Source of the DNA: Bdellovibrio sp. | Lineage (GTDB): Bacteria; Bdellovibrionota; Bdellovibrionia; Bdellovibrionales; Bdellovibrionaceae | Length of the DNA stretch: 64,000 nucleotides | Direction: 5' to 3' | Assembly: GCA_036677065.1 (NCBI GenBank) | Contig: JAKFBS010000004.1 | Span: 480,001 to 544,000, forward strand | Shown: in pieces, positions 1 to 9,652 of the stretch | Layout of the letters: every line of letters begins with the position of its first letter | How positions within the stretch are numbered: the stretch's first letter is position 1 | The notes under the pieces: generated by a model | The model's database searches: none | Seen by the model: the letters and a program-made list of their open reading frames with translations, nothing else | Told to the model about the DNA's origin: nothing | Program-made: the position numbers and the translations under genes

Positions 1-278
1 TTAAAAAGTAATCCCATACCGTTGTGAAATAATTTTTTCGCATCTTTTGGGTTGGTGTCGATCGAGCTTGATTCATCACGCAGATCAGGTAAGTGCGCTT
101 GAATCGAGTGCGGCCACGTGTTTAAAAGATTTTCTAACGACGCCAAAAAATCTAAACTGCGCAAAGCAGTTAATGCGTCTTTAGAGTGATGCACGACGAA
201 CGGTTCATTTGCATCGTATTTCGCGAAAAAATCTTCTGTTGTTTGCGGGTGGATAATTGCGGCTAGACCTGATTTCAT
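1..278 (-). CDS. Partial gene (runs off window start), probable JmjC/cupin-4 oxygenase-like protein
   Basis: Manual translation from ATG 278: MKSGLAAIIHPQTTEDFFAKYDANEPFVVHH...DAKKLFHNGMGLLF, open to position 1. ATGA overlap with the upstream symporter stop. N-terminus resembles cupin-4/RoxA-like proteins, but catalytic residues lie outside the window. Confidence 0.55.
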   Translation of the reverse strand, partial: MKSGLAAIIHPQTTEDFFAKYDANEPFVVHHSKDALTALRSLDFLASLENLLNTWPHSIQAHLPDLRDESSSIDTNPKDAKKLFHNGMGLLF

Positions 279-1138
279 AAATTTTTATTTTTCTTGGCTA
301 AAAACCAACTAAAGATGGCTGCGGTTACAAACATGATAATACTATACATCGCTGCGGGCAGAGCTAGCGTAATAGATCCTAAAACTGACATCGCAATATA
401 AATTGCCAGGGTGCCGTTGTGGATACCAACCTCCATCGAAATAGCGGTGGCTTCTTTGCGGTTAAGTTTTAAAAACAGAGGGATAAGAAAGCCGATAGCC
501 ATGCTAGCCACATTAAAAATCAGAATCACTAAGCCTAATTCAGCAAAAGATTCGCTGAGCATTTTTTTCTCTTTTAAAATAGCACCGACAACGATGATGA
601 TTAAAACCAACATCGAAAATATTCTAAATGGTTTATCAAGCTTCTGCGATAAATTAGGTTTTTTAGAATTAAGCCACATACCTAAGGCCACCGGTATCAA
701 TACGATGAAAAAAACTTCAATCGTTTTGCTGAACTGAAAGCCAATGTTGACAGATTCATTACTGAAAAGTGTGCCGGCCAGTAAAATAAAAAGTGGTAAA
801 GTAAACGCAGCCAAAACGCTATTGATGGCAGTTAAAGTTAAATTCAAAGCCACATCACCATGTGATAAATGCGAAAAAATATTTGCCGTTACGCCACCCG
901 GGCTGGCCGCTAAAATCATAAGACCAATCGCCATCTCTGGCGAAAGGTTAAACCCCTTACATAAACCAATGGCTAAAACAGGTATTAAAATCATCTGGCA
1001 AAAAAGGCCAATCGAAATAGTTTTTGGGTATTTAAAAATTCTTTTAAAATCAGCTGGCGTTAGCGATAAGCCAAAACCGAACATGATGATTCCAAGAGAA
1101 ATTGGCAAAAGGGTGGTTGTGATAAATACCGTATTCAT
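275..1138 (-). CDS. Bile acid:sodium symporter (BASS/SBF) family transporter
   Basis: IMFGFGLSLT, SPGGVTAN and SMEVGIHNG motifs; multi-TM. Confidence 0.92.
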   Translation of the reverse strand: MNTVFITTTLLPISLGIIMFGFGLSLTPADFKRIFKYPKTISIGLFCQMILIPVLAIGLCKGFNLSPEMAIGLMILAASPGGVTANIFSHLSHGDVALNLTLTAINSVLAAFTLPLFILLAGTLFSNESVNIGFQFSKTIEVFFIVLIPVALGMWLNSKKPNLSQKLDKPFRIFSMLVLIIIVVGAILKEKKMLSESFAELGLVILIFNVASMAIGFLIPLFLKLNRKEATAISMEVGIHNGTLAIYIAMSVLGSITLALPAAMYSIIMFVTAAIFSWFLAKKNKNL

Positions 1139-1257
1139 TTGTAGTTCTCCTGTCGTTTACATTAAGTCTAGTGTAAGAATATTTCTGGGTCAAAGCCATC
1201 TCCATCACCCTCAGGGATTAGGGGTTGTATTAGCTAGGTATAAGCCTACCGTTGGTC

Positions 1258-1620
1258 ATGACTAATCTTTCGACTCCGCATCCTTGTTTATCGTGCGGCG
1301 CCTGTTGCGCGTTTTTTCGCGTGTCTTTTCATTGGACTGAAACCGCAAGCGAAAGCCACGGAGTGCCCATTGCTATGACTAAGCAGATTTCTCAGTATGT
1401 GAATGCGATGAATGGCACTGATCAGGAAAAACCAAGTTGTGTAGCGTTGGTCGGTGTCGTCGGAAAATCCACTTCATGCAGTATCTATGAAAATCGCCCT
1501 GATTGTTGTCGCATTTTTAAAGCCAGTTTCGAAGACGGCTCTAGAAATGAAGACTGTGAAAAAGCCAGGCTCAGTAAAGGTTTAAAAGTGCTGCAGACAT
1601 CTGATTGGTCTGCAGTGTAA
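1258..1620 (+). CDS. YkgJ-family CxxCxxCC cysteine-cluster protein
   Basis: CLSCGACC...CVAL...CSIYENRPDCCR; ATG at 1258. Confidence 0.88.
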   Translation: MTNLSTPHPCLSCGACCAFFRVSFHWTETASESHGVPIAMTKQISQYVNAMNGTDQEKPSCVALVGVVGKSTSCSIYENRPDCCRIFKASFEDGSRNEDCEKARLSKGLKVLQTSDWSAV

Positions 1621-1688
1621 AAAACTTTGACGAAAACGCCCGAACAAAAGTCTCACATTTTTTAAATTACTGCTAAAATTAAAGGTGT

Positions 1689-2534
1689 ATGTTGCAAGAA
1701 ACATGGAATACGTTTTCTAGCCAAATTGTACAAAAGATCAATGGATTGCTTGATCAGGCCCAGCCTACGCAGCTGAAGGCCTTTCATATTTATAAAATGT
1801 GTCAGGCTGAAAACTTATGGGATAAATCTTATTCTGAGTTTTCATTTTTACTTGAAGGTTTTTTTCATACACACCCGGCCGAGCGCAGTAAAAGTCAGAT
1901 GGATCAGTTTCTTAACCGGCCGATGGATTGGCGCAGTTTTGAATCTATACATCTGACCTTTCGTACCGCTGAAATTAATCCTAGTGAAATTCGTGATATC
2001 GCCAGTTGGGCGCATCACATGTTACGACTGCATTACGAAAAAACATCGCCCATTTCTAGTGTCGACACCTTAAGTAAAACTATTTTTGATCTGACTCATC
2101 CGCAATTGGGCGAAAAAGATCAAAATATTGATTTCGAAGATTTTTGCGATGCGTGGAAGGATGCGGTCGATAAACTTTACGGCAAACAGTATGAAGCCGA
2201 ACATCAGTCAGTGCTTTCTGATTTACGAAATTTAAATCACATGCTTGAAACCCAGGTTCTTGAACTGCCAAGGTTGAATCGAATTTATCTTACCCAAACC
2301 GAGATCACCTGGGTTGAGCGCTCACTGGAAGCTGTCGTCGAACGACGCAAAATGCCACGCTATCCGCTAACTAAGGGGCCCGAAAAATCGCGTCTTGTTG
2401 ATTTGTTGAAGTGGCTGACACTATGGGAAATATCTAAAGACGCCAAAGCCCAGAACGTGCAGGCTAAAGTCGAAAAGCTGCGCATTTATATTCAAAAAGA
2501 ATGCGACGATCTGCTAGCAACTTGCCGCAGATAG
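1689..2534 (+). CDS. Hypothetical cytoplasmic, helical protein
   Basis: 281-aa ORF, no recognised motif. Confidence 0.75.
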   Translation: MLQETWNTFSSQIVQKINGLLDQAQPTQLKAFHIYKMCQAENLWDKSYSEFSFLLEGFFHTHPAERSKSQMDQFLNRPMDWRSFESIHLTFRTAEINPSEIRDIASWAHHMLRLHYEKTSPISSVDTLSKTIFDLTHPQLGEKDQNIDFEDFCDAWKDAVDKLYGKQYEAEHQSVLSDLRNLNHMLETQVLELPRLNRIYLTQTEITWVERSLEAVVERRKMPRYPLTKGPEKSRLVDLLKWLTLWEISKDAKAQNVQAKVEKLRIYIQKECDDLLATCRR

Positions 2535-2563
2535 TGCTATCACAGCTGCATCATTAGGGGGCT

Positions 2564-3316
2564 GTGATGGTTTTACTATTAGTTTCGATATTAGCGTTAG
2601 CGGCGTGTTCGCCGGCAAATAATTTTAATATATCAAATGCAGTGACTGACTCAGCAACTATCGTCAACGGTAAGGCTGTGGTCGCAACTGATCTATATGC
2701 GCGCCATACGGTAGCGATAGCACCCGAAAATAATACTCCATGTACGGGCGTCATCATTGCGCCTCATTTTATTTTATCGGCGGCTCACTGTGCTGATTAT
2801 TTTTCGAAAGGTCATGTTTATTTTGGGCTGGTTTCGAAAGTTGGTAAAGCTATCACCTATAAAGTTAAAAACGTAACACCGCACCCGAACTACTGTGGCT
2901 CATGTTTTTTTGGAGATACTGAGCCTGCAGACTTTAAAGATTACGCGATTGTGGAATTTGAAGAAGATCTGCCTCAAGGATTTAAACCAGTGCAGATCGC
3001 TAGTTTAAAGCAAATTAAAAAAGGCACGACAATTCATCTTGCTGGTTATGGTTTAGATGAAAAGTATGAATACGATGGTATCTTAAAAGCGACGCGTGCA
3101 CCGGTAACAGCTGTTGGTAAGTATGAATTTATGACTGATGAAACAAAAAATGGTTCATGCCGAGGCGACTCAGGTGGACCAGCCTATGTTATGGAAGATG
3201 GTAAAATCTATTTAGCTGGTATCACCAGTCGTGGCGATGCGCTTTGCCGCAATTACGGCATGTATGGCATCCCTGCGGTCGAAATCAACTGGATTAATTC
3301 AGTCATCAATAAGTAA
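2564..3316 (+). CDS. Trypsin-like (S1) serine protease, lipoprotein
   Basis: Lipobox LAAC, IVNG, LSAAHC, DYAIV, GDSGGP. Confidence 0.93.
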   Translation: MMVLLLVSILALAACSPANNFNISNAVTDSATIVNGKAVVATDLYARHTVAIAPENNTPCTGVIIAPHFILSAAHCADYFSKGHVYFGLVSKVGKAITYKVKNVTPHPNYCGSCFFGDTEPADFKDYAIVEFEEDLPQGFKPVQIASLKQIKKGTTIHLAGYGLDEKYEYDGILKATRAPVTAVGKYEFMTDETKNGSCRGDSGGPAYVMEDGKIYLAGITSRGDALCRNYGMYGIPAVEINWINSVINK

Positions 3317-3329
3317 GATATAAACCAGC

Positions 3330-4217
3330 TTAGCGCAGAAAAAATGTATTCATAAGCTTTGCCGCAACTGGATTTTCAATTTTTCTTTGCGCAGAGCTTA
3401 GCCAAACTTCTTCGTAAACACCTTTAAGCCGCCCTAGGCGAATCAGATTTTCTTCGTGCGGGGCTCCTACTTCTGAAAATGGAGCAAGGCCAATGCCATC
3501 AGACGCCAGTAACTTCTGCAGGCTCGTATCTTGCGTTTCTGCGACCGGGATAACGTGAATATTCTGCAGCTTAAAATAGTGATTAAGATCATGACGAAGT
3601 TTACTATGTGCCGTGGGTAGGACAAATGGTTTTCCTTTTAAAGACTGTGGAAATGATTTTTTGACCGACTTAAATTTTTTTGATCCAAAAATTGAAACCG
3701 GAAGCTGGGCAACAGATTTAGAAAACACCTGCCGTTGTTCGAGTGCTGGCGGGTAGTTGGATAAAATAAGATCAATTCGATGAGCATACAGTTCGCGAAA
3801 AAGTTCATCGCCTTTGCCTTCAAGAATGGATACGGTACATGTCGGCGAGATCTGATAACATTCTTTCACTAAAGAAAGAATTACGCTTTTAGGTACACTA
3901 TCCAAGGCGCCGATTTGAACATGCGTCTGGTTATTTAAATTTTTATCCTGAAGAACTTCGAGCATTTCATCTCCCAGGCGAAATATTTCATTGGCGTAAT
4001 CTAAAGCGGATTTACCAGCCTCAGTTAAAACCATTTTTCGATTTCTGCGTTCAAATAAAGGTTTACCCACCATTTCTTCAAGTTGTTTTAGTTGCGAACT
4101 TAAAGTGGGCTGTCCCAAGCGCAGTTTTTCGGCGGCCTTGGCGATTCCGCCTTCGGTCGCAATCGTGCGAAAATAATTGAGGTGGTGATAGTTAAGCCAA
4201 TGCATTGGATGATCCAT
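3330..4217 (-). CDS. LysR-family regulator, NhaR-like (start may be 4205)
   Basis: WLNYHHLNYF...AAEKLRLGQPTLSSQLKQLE HTH; IGALDSVPKS is typical of the NhaR subgroup. Confidence 0.9.
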   Translation of the reverse strand: MDHPMHWLNYHHLNYFRTIATEGGIAKAAEKLRLGQPTLSSQLKQLEEMVGKPLFERRNRKMVLTEAGKSALDYANEIFRLGDEMLEVLQDKNLNNQTHVQIGALDSVPKSVILSLVKECYQISPTCTVSILEGKGDELFRELYAHRIDLILSNYPPALEQRQVFSKSVAQLPVSIFGSKKFKSVKKSFPQSLKGKPFVLPTAHSKLRHDLNHYFKLQNIHVIPVAETQDTSLQKLLASDGIGLAPFSEVGAPHEENLIRLGRLKGVYEEVWLSSAQRKIENPVAAKLMNTFFLR

Positions 4218-4237
4218 TTTGTGGGCCTTTTTAATAG

Positions 4238-4283
4238 TTTGCTTAAAGCGAATGATTTGATTGTATTTATCGTATTTTAGAAA
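4238..4283. promoter_or_regulatory. Putative LysR T-N11-A type boxes
   Basis: TTTG-N7-CGAA (4238-4252), ATTG-N7-CGTA (4260-4274), ATCG-N7-GAAA (4269-4283) between the divergent LysR and zinc-ribbon/TerC genes. Confidence 0.5.
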
Positions 4284-4330
4284 GTATGCGTCAAGGCTAT
4301 ACTTAAGAAATATTCACACAGGAGGATTAA

Positions 4331-4567
4331 ATGAAATGTCCAACTTGCCCAGATGCAACTTTACTAATGAGCACACGCCAAGAAATTGAAATCGACTATT
4401 GCCCCCAGTGTCGTGGCGTATGGCTTGATCGCGGAGAACTTGATAAAATCATAGAACGCTCTGTAGCCCCAGCGGCAAATAATCATTATAAGCCCTCAGA
4501 CGATGATCATAAAAAAGATCAGTACTATAAAAGAAAAAAATCATTTCTTTCAGAAATTTTTGATTAA
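4331..4567 (+). CDS. TFIIB-type zinc-ribbon (zf-TFIIB) protein
   Basis: CPTC...EIDYCPQCRGVWLDRGELDKII; SD GGAGG. Confidence 0.9.
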   Translation: MKCPTCPDATLLMSTRQEIEIDYCPQCRGVWLDRGELDKIIERSVAPAANNHYKPSDDDHKKDQYYKRKKSFLSEIFD

Positions 4568-4569
4568 GC

Positions 4570-5517
4570 ATGGGTGATTTAGCTTCAAGTATATCAATAG
4601 CCCCTCCCTGGTTATGGATTACCTTCTGTGTCGGTATTTTTGTACTGCTATTAATTGATTTAAGTCTTTTCGGAAAAGCTGGGCATAAAGTGTCTCGTAA
4701 ATCTGCACTGATCGAAAGTGGCCTGTGGATCAGCGTAGCTTTAATTTTTAACCTCTGGTTCGGCTATGCTTTCGGAAAAGAATTAGGTTTAGAGTTTTTG
4801 ACAGGTTACTTAGTCGAAAAAAGTCTGAGCGTAGATAACTTATTTGTTATTATTTTGATTTTCAGTGCTTTTAAAATACCCGAGCAGCATCAGCACCGAG
4901 TTCTGTTCTTCGGTGTATTAGGAGCCATAGTTTTGCGAGCTTTTTTTATTATCATCGGCGCGCAACTGCTGCATCATTTTCACTGGATTCTTTATGTCTT
5001 CGGCGCAGTTTTAATTTTCACAGCCGTCAAGATTTTACGCGAAGTCGAAGAAACACAGGATGTTAAGGATAACTGGACAATTCGTGTTATTAAACGTTTT
5101 ATTCCCACAACGAAAAGCTATGAAGGAAATCATTTTTTTTTGCGAGAAGATGGAGTTCGCAAAGCGACGCCATTGTTTCTTGCGCTGGTCGTGATTGAAG
5201 TCACAGATCTTGTTTTTGCAGTAGATTCGATTCCGGCCGTGTTTGCTGTGACGCAAGATGCGTTTGTCGCTTTCGCTTCAAATATTTTGGCTATCTTAGG
5301 ATTACGTGCCCTTTATTTTGTTCTGGCCGATTGGGTAGGAAAGCTGCGCTATCTTAAACCTGGTTTAGCCGCAGTTTTGGGATTTATCGGTGTGAAAATG
5401 CTTTTGCTTGAAGTGTACAAAATTCCAAGTTCAGTTTCGTTACTGGTTATTTTTTCGATTCTTCTGACAGCAGCTTTAAGCTCTTGGTATGTGGCTAGTG
5501 TAGAGAAGCGAAAATGA
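4570..5517 (+). CDS. TerC/Alx family membrane protein
   Basis: EKSLSVDNLFV, DLVFAVDSIPAV, NILAILGLRALYF. Confidence 0.95.
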   Translation: MGDLASSISIAPPWLWITFCVGIFVLLLIDLSLFGKAGHKVSRKSALIESGLWISVALIFNLWFGYAFGKELGLEFLTGYLVEKSLSVDNLFVIILIFSAFKIPEQHQHRVLFFGVLGAIVLRAFFIIIGAQLLHHFHWILYVFGAVLIFTAVKILREVEETQDVKDNWTIRVIKRFIPTTKSYEGNHFFLREDGVRKATPLFLALVVIEVTDLVFAVDSIPAVFAVTQDAFVAFASNILAILGLRALYFVLADWVGKLRYLKPGLAAVLGFIGVKMLLLEVYKIPSSVSLLVIFSILLTAALSSWYVASVEKRK

Positions 5518-5592
5518 TGGATTAAAGGGTTGTCTTATTATTAAATTACTTGCTAGGCTTTACTAGTCAGTAATTTTAGAAAAGGATGTCTT

Positions 5593-5871
5593 ATGAAAAA
5601 TATTTTATTAACTGCGGTATTGCTTTTAATTTCTTCGGTTTCAATGGCGACTCAGGTGCGCGCTACAGCAAAATATTACACAAATCCAAACAACAAAACG
5701 GTTAAGTCGGCTTGTCTTATGGCTTCAGAAGCCGCAACACTTTCTTTGAAAGCAAAGTGCGAACTATTAGATGAAGCTGTTGGTGCATACGCTAACGTAA
5801 CCGTAGAGCCTATGCTTATTGACGAGCAAGATGCTTTTTGCGTAGCTGTTGCTGAAACAAATTGTAAGTAG
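5593..5871 (+). CDS. Small secreted protein with 4 Cys
   Basis: Signal peptide, SD AAGGA. Confidence 0.75.
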   Translation: MKNILLTAVLLLISSVSMATQVRATAKYYTNPNNKTVKSACLMASEAATLSLKAKCELLDEAVGAYANVTVEPMLIDEQDAFCVAVAETNCK

Positions 5872-5879
5872 GAGATGTT

Positions 5880-6122
5880 ATGTCTGAAGATATGAAAGCT
5901 GAATTAGAAAGACTAAGAGCTGAAAACGAAGCTCTAAAAAATAAAAAATCTGGTGGAGCACTTTCTATGAAGGTCAGTGAAAAGGGCGCTTTGTCAGTTT
6001 ATGGCATGGGCCGTTTTCCGGTAACTCTTTATAAAGAGCAATGGTTAAAACTATTAGGAATTGCTGATGAGCTTAAAACTTTTATTAGCGAAAACGATAG
6101 CCGTTTAAAAAACAAAGAATAG
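5880..6122 (+). CDS. Small hypothetical protein (coiled coil plus possible PC4-like domain)
   Basis: SD AGGAG; KVSEKGALSVYGMGRFPVTLYKEQW. Confidence 0.8.
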   Translation: MSEDMKAELERLRAENEALKNKKSGGALSMKVSEKGALSVYGMGRFPVTLYKEQWLKLLGIADELKTFISENDSRLKNKE

Positions 6123-6144
6123 ATAGCAAATACAAATCCTGCGA

Positions 6145-8859
6145 TTAAAAATTCGTGTAATGTGAAATCGTGCGTAGCAAGATGCTGCGGTCGATGGGTT
6201 TTGTCACATGATCGTTAAAACCATATTGTTGAGTTTTTTCGCGCTCTTCTTTCATCGCATGCGCGGTGAGTGCGATGATGGGTACAGAATATTTTTTTTC
6301 GCGTAATAGCTTAGTGGCTTCGTACCCATCCATAACCGGCATTTGTAAATCCATCAGAACAATGTCGTATTTATTTTCTAACGCTTTTTTTATACCCTCT
6401 TGGCCGTTCTTGGCCAGATCTGCTGTTACACCGGCTAAATTTAGAATGTGTTGAATCAGTTCAAGGTTGTCATCGCTATCATCAACTAATAAAGCATGTA
6501 CACCGGTCAGATCAGAAACTTGATCTTTTATCTGTTGTGACATCGCAACGGCTGCTTTTGGTGCAAGTTGATCTGAAGCTTTCATTGTGGTTTCACCCTG
6601 ATTGATGGTAATCACGAAGGTGCTGCCGAAACCGAGGGTGCTTGATTCTAAAACCACATCTCCGCCTAAGGCTTTAGCCAGTTTTTTTGACAACACCAAA
6701 CCTAATCCGGTGCCGCCAAATTTTCGCGTTGTTGTGGCGTCAGCTTGGGTGAACGGTGAAAATAATTTGTTCGCTTGGTCTTGTGAGATTCCGGTTCCGG
6801 TGTCTTGAACAGAAAATAAAATTTGCTGTAAGTTTTCAGGGTTTCTTTTAACTTTAATTTTAATAAAACCTTTGTCGGTAAACTTAATCGCATTACCCAC
6901 GATATTAAAAAGAATCTGGCGCAGGCGGGTGGGGTCGGTTTTAATAGCGACAGGTAAATTTTTTTCGGGCTCCAGATAAAGTTCTAAACCTTTGCCGCTG
7001 GCTTCTAAATTTAAAAACTGAGATACATCATTTAAAAGATCATTTAAACGCACATCGATTTTTTCGATTTGTAATTTACCGGCTTCTACTTTTGAAAGAT
7101 CTAAAATGTCATTAATGATGGTCGATAACAGTTTGCCATTTCTTTTAATAATGCCAATCATGTTTTCTTTTTCAGAGGCTTTGGTTTTTGGGTCGGTCAG
7201 AAGCTCAGAAAACCCGATAATAGCACCAAGGGGTGTGCGAATTTCGTGGCTCATATTTGCAAGAAAAGCACTTTTAGTTTCGTTGGCGACTTCAGCTTCT
7301 TGTTTAGCGTTCTTGAGAGCTTCTTCGATTTCTTTGTATTTTTTGACATCAGTGGCAACTAAGATAAATCCTTTAACTTCTTCGGTGCCATCAAATTCAG
7401 GAAGAAAGTTAATGTTTAAAATCGTGTCTGTATCTGGATCTGCTTTAGATCTTGATTTTCGTTCATAGGCCAGAGTTTCACCTTTTAAAGCCCGATCAAT
7501 AAAAAATTTATTTGCCGGATACCGTTCTGGGCCCAGCACTTCAGCGAACGAATATTTTTTAATATCTTCTTGGTTAATGCCGAACCACTGGCAAAAAGAA
7601 CTGTTGGCAAATAGAATATTTTCGTCTTTATCAAGTCGCGCCAGCAGTTGCGGTACGGCGTTAGTGATAATTCTTAATTGTCTTTCACTTTGCTGTACGG
7701 CCAGTGTTCTTTCTTGTACCCGTAGCTCTAGTTCTTCACTTAAATTTTTCATGCGCGTAACATCACGCACGACTTTTGAAAAGCCCGTGATTTTATTATT
7801 TTTATCGAATAGTGGATCAATCACAATATTAGCCCAGAAGTGCACGCCATCTTTACGCCGGCGAATAGTTTCAGCCTCGAAGTGGCCTGTTTCGGCGGCC
7901 AGAGCAAGCTCTAGCTCAAGCGTGTCTTCGGGTAAATTGGCTGGGTATAAAATTGAAATGTGTTTTCCGATAGCTTCTTTATCTGTGTAACCGGTAATCT
8001 TTTGCGCGCCTGAATTCCAAGTGGTGATAAAACCTTTTTCGTCGATAATAAAAATGGCATAATCTTTAACAGCTTCTACGAGAAAGCGGTACTTTTCTTC
8101 ACTGCGCAGTTCGCCATCGCGAATTATTCGCTGGGTGATTGTGCCGACTAAGGCTAAGCCTAAAATAAAAAATGTGGCTACGATTGTTGTAAATATCAGT
8201 CCCCGAGTCACTAAGATATGCGCATCTTGAAAGTTAGAGGCGGATTCAGTATGAATAAAAGTTGCTGCAAGCATGCCGACATAATGCATTCCCGCGATGG
8301 CGCTACCCATAAGAACACTCGCCATCAATAATAATTTATAACGATATTGTTGTTCGCGTAGCTGAATCGAAACTGTTAAAGCGGCGTAAGATGCAACTAA
8401 AGCAATGATAAAAGATGTTAAAACTAACAACTTGTCCCATTCAATATGCGCCTGCATTCGCATCGAAAACATACCGATGTAATGCATTCCACAAATGGCA
8501 ACAGCCATGGCAAAGCCACCGTATAATACCAAAGCCTTGGTCACGCGTGACCGACTTATAATAAATAAAGCTAAAAGGCTTCCACCGATGGCGACCACCA
8601 CAGACAGAATCATTAATGGCACATTGTAGGCCATTTCCATGCCGGGCATTTTAAAAGCGAGCATACCGATAAAGTGCATACTCCAGATACCAAAGCCCAT
8701 GGCTAATGATCCGAAGCCTAACCATGCTAATTTAGTTTTTCCCTGCGTTTGTGTGACCGGATAGGCTAAGCTTAAAGCGACGTAAGCGGCAAAGATCGCC
8801 ACCAATACAGATAATAAAATTAGCCCGGGATCGTAGGCTACTTGAATTACGTGATTCAT
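6145..8859 (-). CDS. MHYT-PAS-PAS hybrid histidine kinase with C-terminal receiver
   Basis: MHFIGM/MHYIGM/MHYVGM; FLANMSHEIRTPL; NAIKFT; GGTGLGL; DIVLMDLQMPVMDG. Confidence 0.95.
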   Translation of the reverse strand: MNHVIQVAYDPGLILLSVLVAIFAAYVALSLAYPVTQTQGKTKLAWLGFGSLAMGFGIWSMHFIGMLAFKMPGMEMAYNVPLMILSVVVAIGGSLLALFIISRSRVTKALVLYGGFAMAVAICGMHYIGMFSMRMQAHIEWDKLLVLTSFIIALVASYAALTVSIQLREQQYRYKLLLMASVLMGSAIAGMHYVGMLAATFIHTESASNFQDAHILVTRGLIFTTIVATFFILGLALVGTITQRIIRDGELRSEEKYRFLVEAVKDYAIFIIDEKGFITTWNSGAQKITGYTDKEAIGKHISILYPANLPEDTLELELALAAETGHFEAETIRRRKDGVHFWANIVIDPLFDKNNKITGFSKVVRDVTRMKNLSEELELRVQERTLAVQQSERQLRIITNAVPQLLARLDKDENILFANSSFCQWFGINQEDIKKYSFAEVLGPERYPANKFFIDRALKGETLAYERKSRSKADPDTDTILNINFLPEFDGTEEVKGFILVATDVKKYKEIEEALKNAKQEAEVANETKSAFLANMSHEIRTPLGAIIGFSELLTDPKTKASEKENMIGIIKRNGKLLSTIINDILDLSKVEAGKLQIEKIDVRLNDLLNDVSQFLNLEASGKGLELYLEPEKNLPVAIKTDPTRLRQILFNIVGNAIKFTDKGFIKIKVKRNPENLQQILFSVQDTGTGISQDQANKLFSPFTQADATTTRKFGGTGLGLVLSKKLAKALGGDVVLESSTLGFGSTFVITINQGETTMKASDQLAPKAAVAMSQQIKDQVSDLTGVHALLVDDSDDNLELIQHILNLAGVTADLAKNGQEGIKKALENKYDIVLMDLQMPVMDGYEATKLLREKKYSVPIIALTAHAMKEEREKTQQYGFNDHVTKPIDRSILLRTISHYTNF

Positions 8860-8993
8860 ATTTAAAAAATATCATGAATAGTCGCAAAGGTTTCGCAAAA
8901 AATCGCGATGGGGTAAATTGGGATAATGCCACCAGTCGGGTTGGCACTTTAATTGTAACATCTTGGCAAACACACTGTTTCCGGGGGGAATAC

Positions 8994-9587
8994 ATGAAAT
9001 TCGTAGCTATAATGATACTGCTTTGTTCGTCTTTGTCGTTTGCAAAAGCTGAAAAAGTAGACACTCTTGCCGCCGAGTTCTTTTCAGCTCAATACCAAAC
9101 TCGCAAAGTCACTGTTAAAGCAACGTCCTTAAAAGGCTTATTAAGTTTCAAGAAAAATTCTTGTGACCCAGATCAACCTACTGGCGATAAAAAAGCCTGT
9201 GTTGATTATGTCTGCAGTAAAATGCCTTCGTACAATTGTGATGAGGTATCAGAAGTTACGGCGATTGCAGCTTCTTGTCGTGGAACCGATGTCGGTTGCG
9301 TAAAATCAGTTTGTAGTAAAATGCCGTCATACAATTGTGATGAGGCCGACGAACTGAAAGAGATCGCTCAAAGCTGTCGCGCAGTTAAGTCTGATTGTAT
9401 TGATACGATCTGTAAAAAAATGCCTTCATACAACTGCGACGAAGGTTCTGAACTAACAGCTATTGCAGCTGCTTGTCGCGGTACAGACAGTTCTTGCATT
9501 ACCGATGTTTGCAGCCGAGTGCCTTCGTATAACTGCGATGAACCATCAGAATTAATTGCCATCGCTGAATCTTGCGGTAATTACTAA
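8994..9587 (+). CDS. Secreted cysteine-rich repeat protein
   Basis: ATG 8994 after GGGGGGAA; signal peptide; four 33-aa repeats. Confidence 0.85.
   Translation: MKFVAIMILLCSSLSFAKAEKVDTLAAEFFSAQYQTRKVTVKATSLKGLLSFKKNSCDPDQPTGDKKACVDYVCSKMPSYNCDEVSEVTAIAASCRGTDVGCVKSVCSKMPSYNCDEADELKEIAQSCRAVKSDCIDTICKKMPSYNCDEGSELTAIAAACRGTDSSCITDVCSRVPSYNCDEPSELIAIAESCGNY
9193..9584 (+). repeat. Four intragenic 99-bp (33-aa) repeats, CxxxxCxxxPSYNCDExxExxxIAxxC
   Basis: ATGCC at 9222, 9321 and 9420 gives a 99-bp period. Confidence 0.9.
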
Positions 9588-9652
9588 AAGTTAGGGTATC
9601 ATTTTTGCTTTTCCTCTGATTAGACGGCGTAATTGCAGTCATCGGAGGAAAT

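Noticed and set aside
4218..4570. yybP-ykoY riboswitch before terC
   Set aside because: The space is taken by an AT-rich divergent promoter and the zinc-ribbon CDS; no aptamer-like stems seen.
8941..8957. TTGGCAC-N5-TTGT as sigma54 promoter
   Set aside because: Good -24 but the -12 is GT rather than GC; possible, but not supported enough to list.
8874..8993. N-terminal extension of the 237-aa ORF
   Set aside because: Signal peptide and SD point to ATG 8994.
9193..9584. 99-bp periodic repeat as CRISPR or DGR template/variable repeat
   Set aside because: In-frame coding repeat with synonymous divergence; no unique spacers and no reverse transcriptase.
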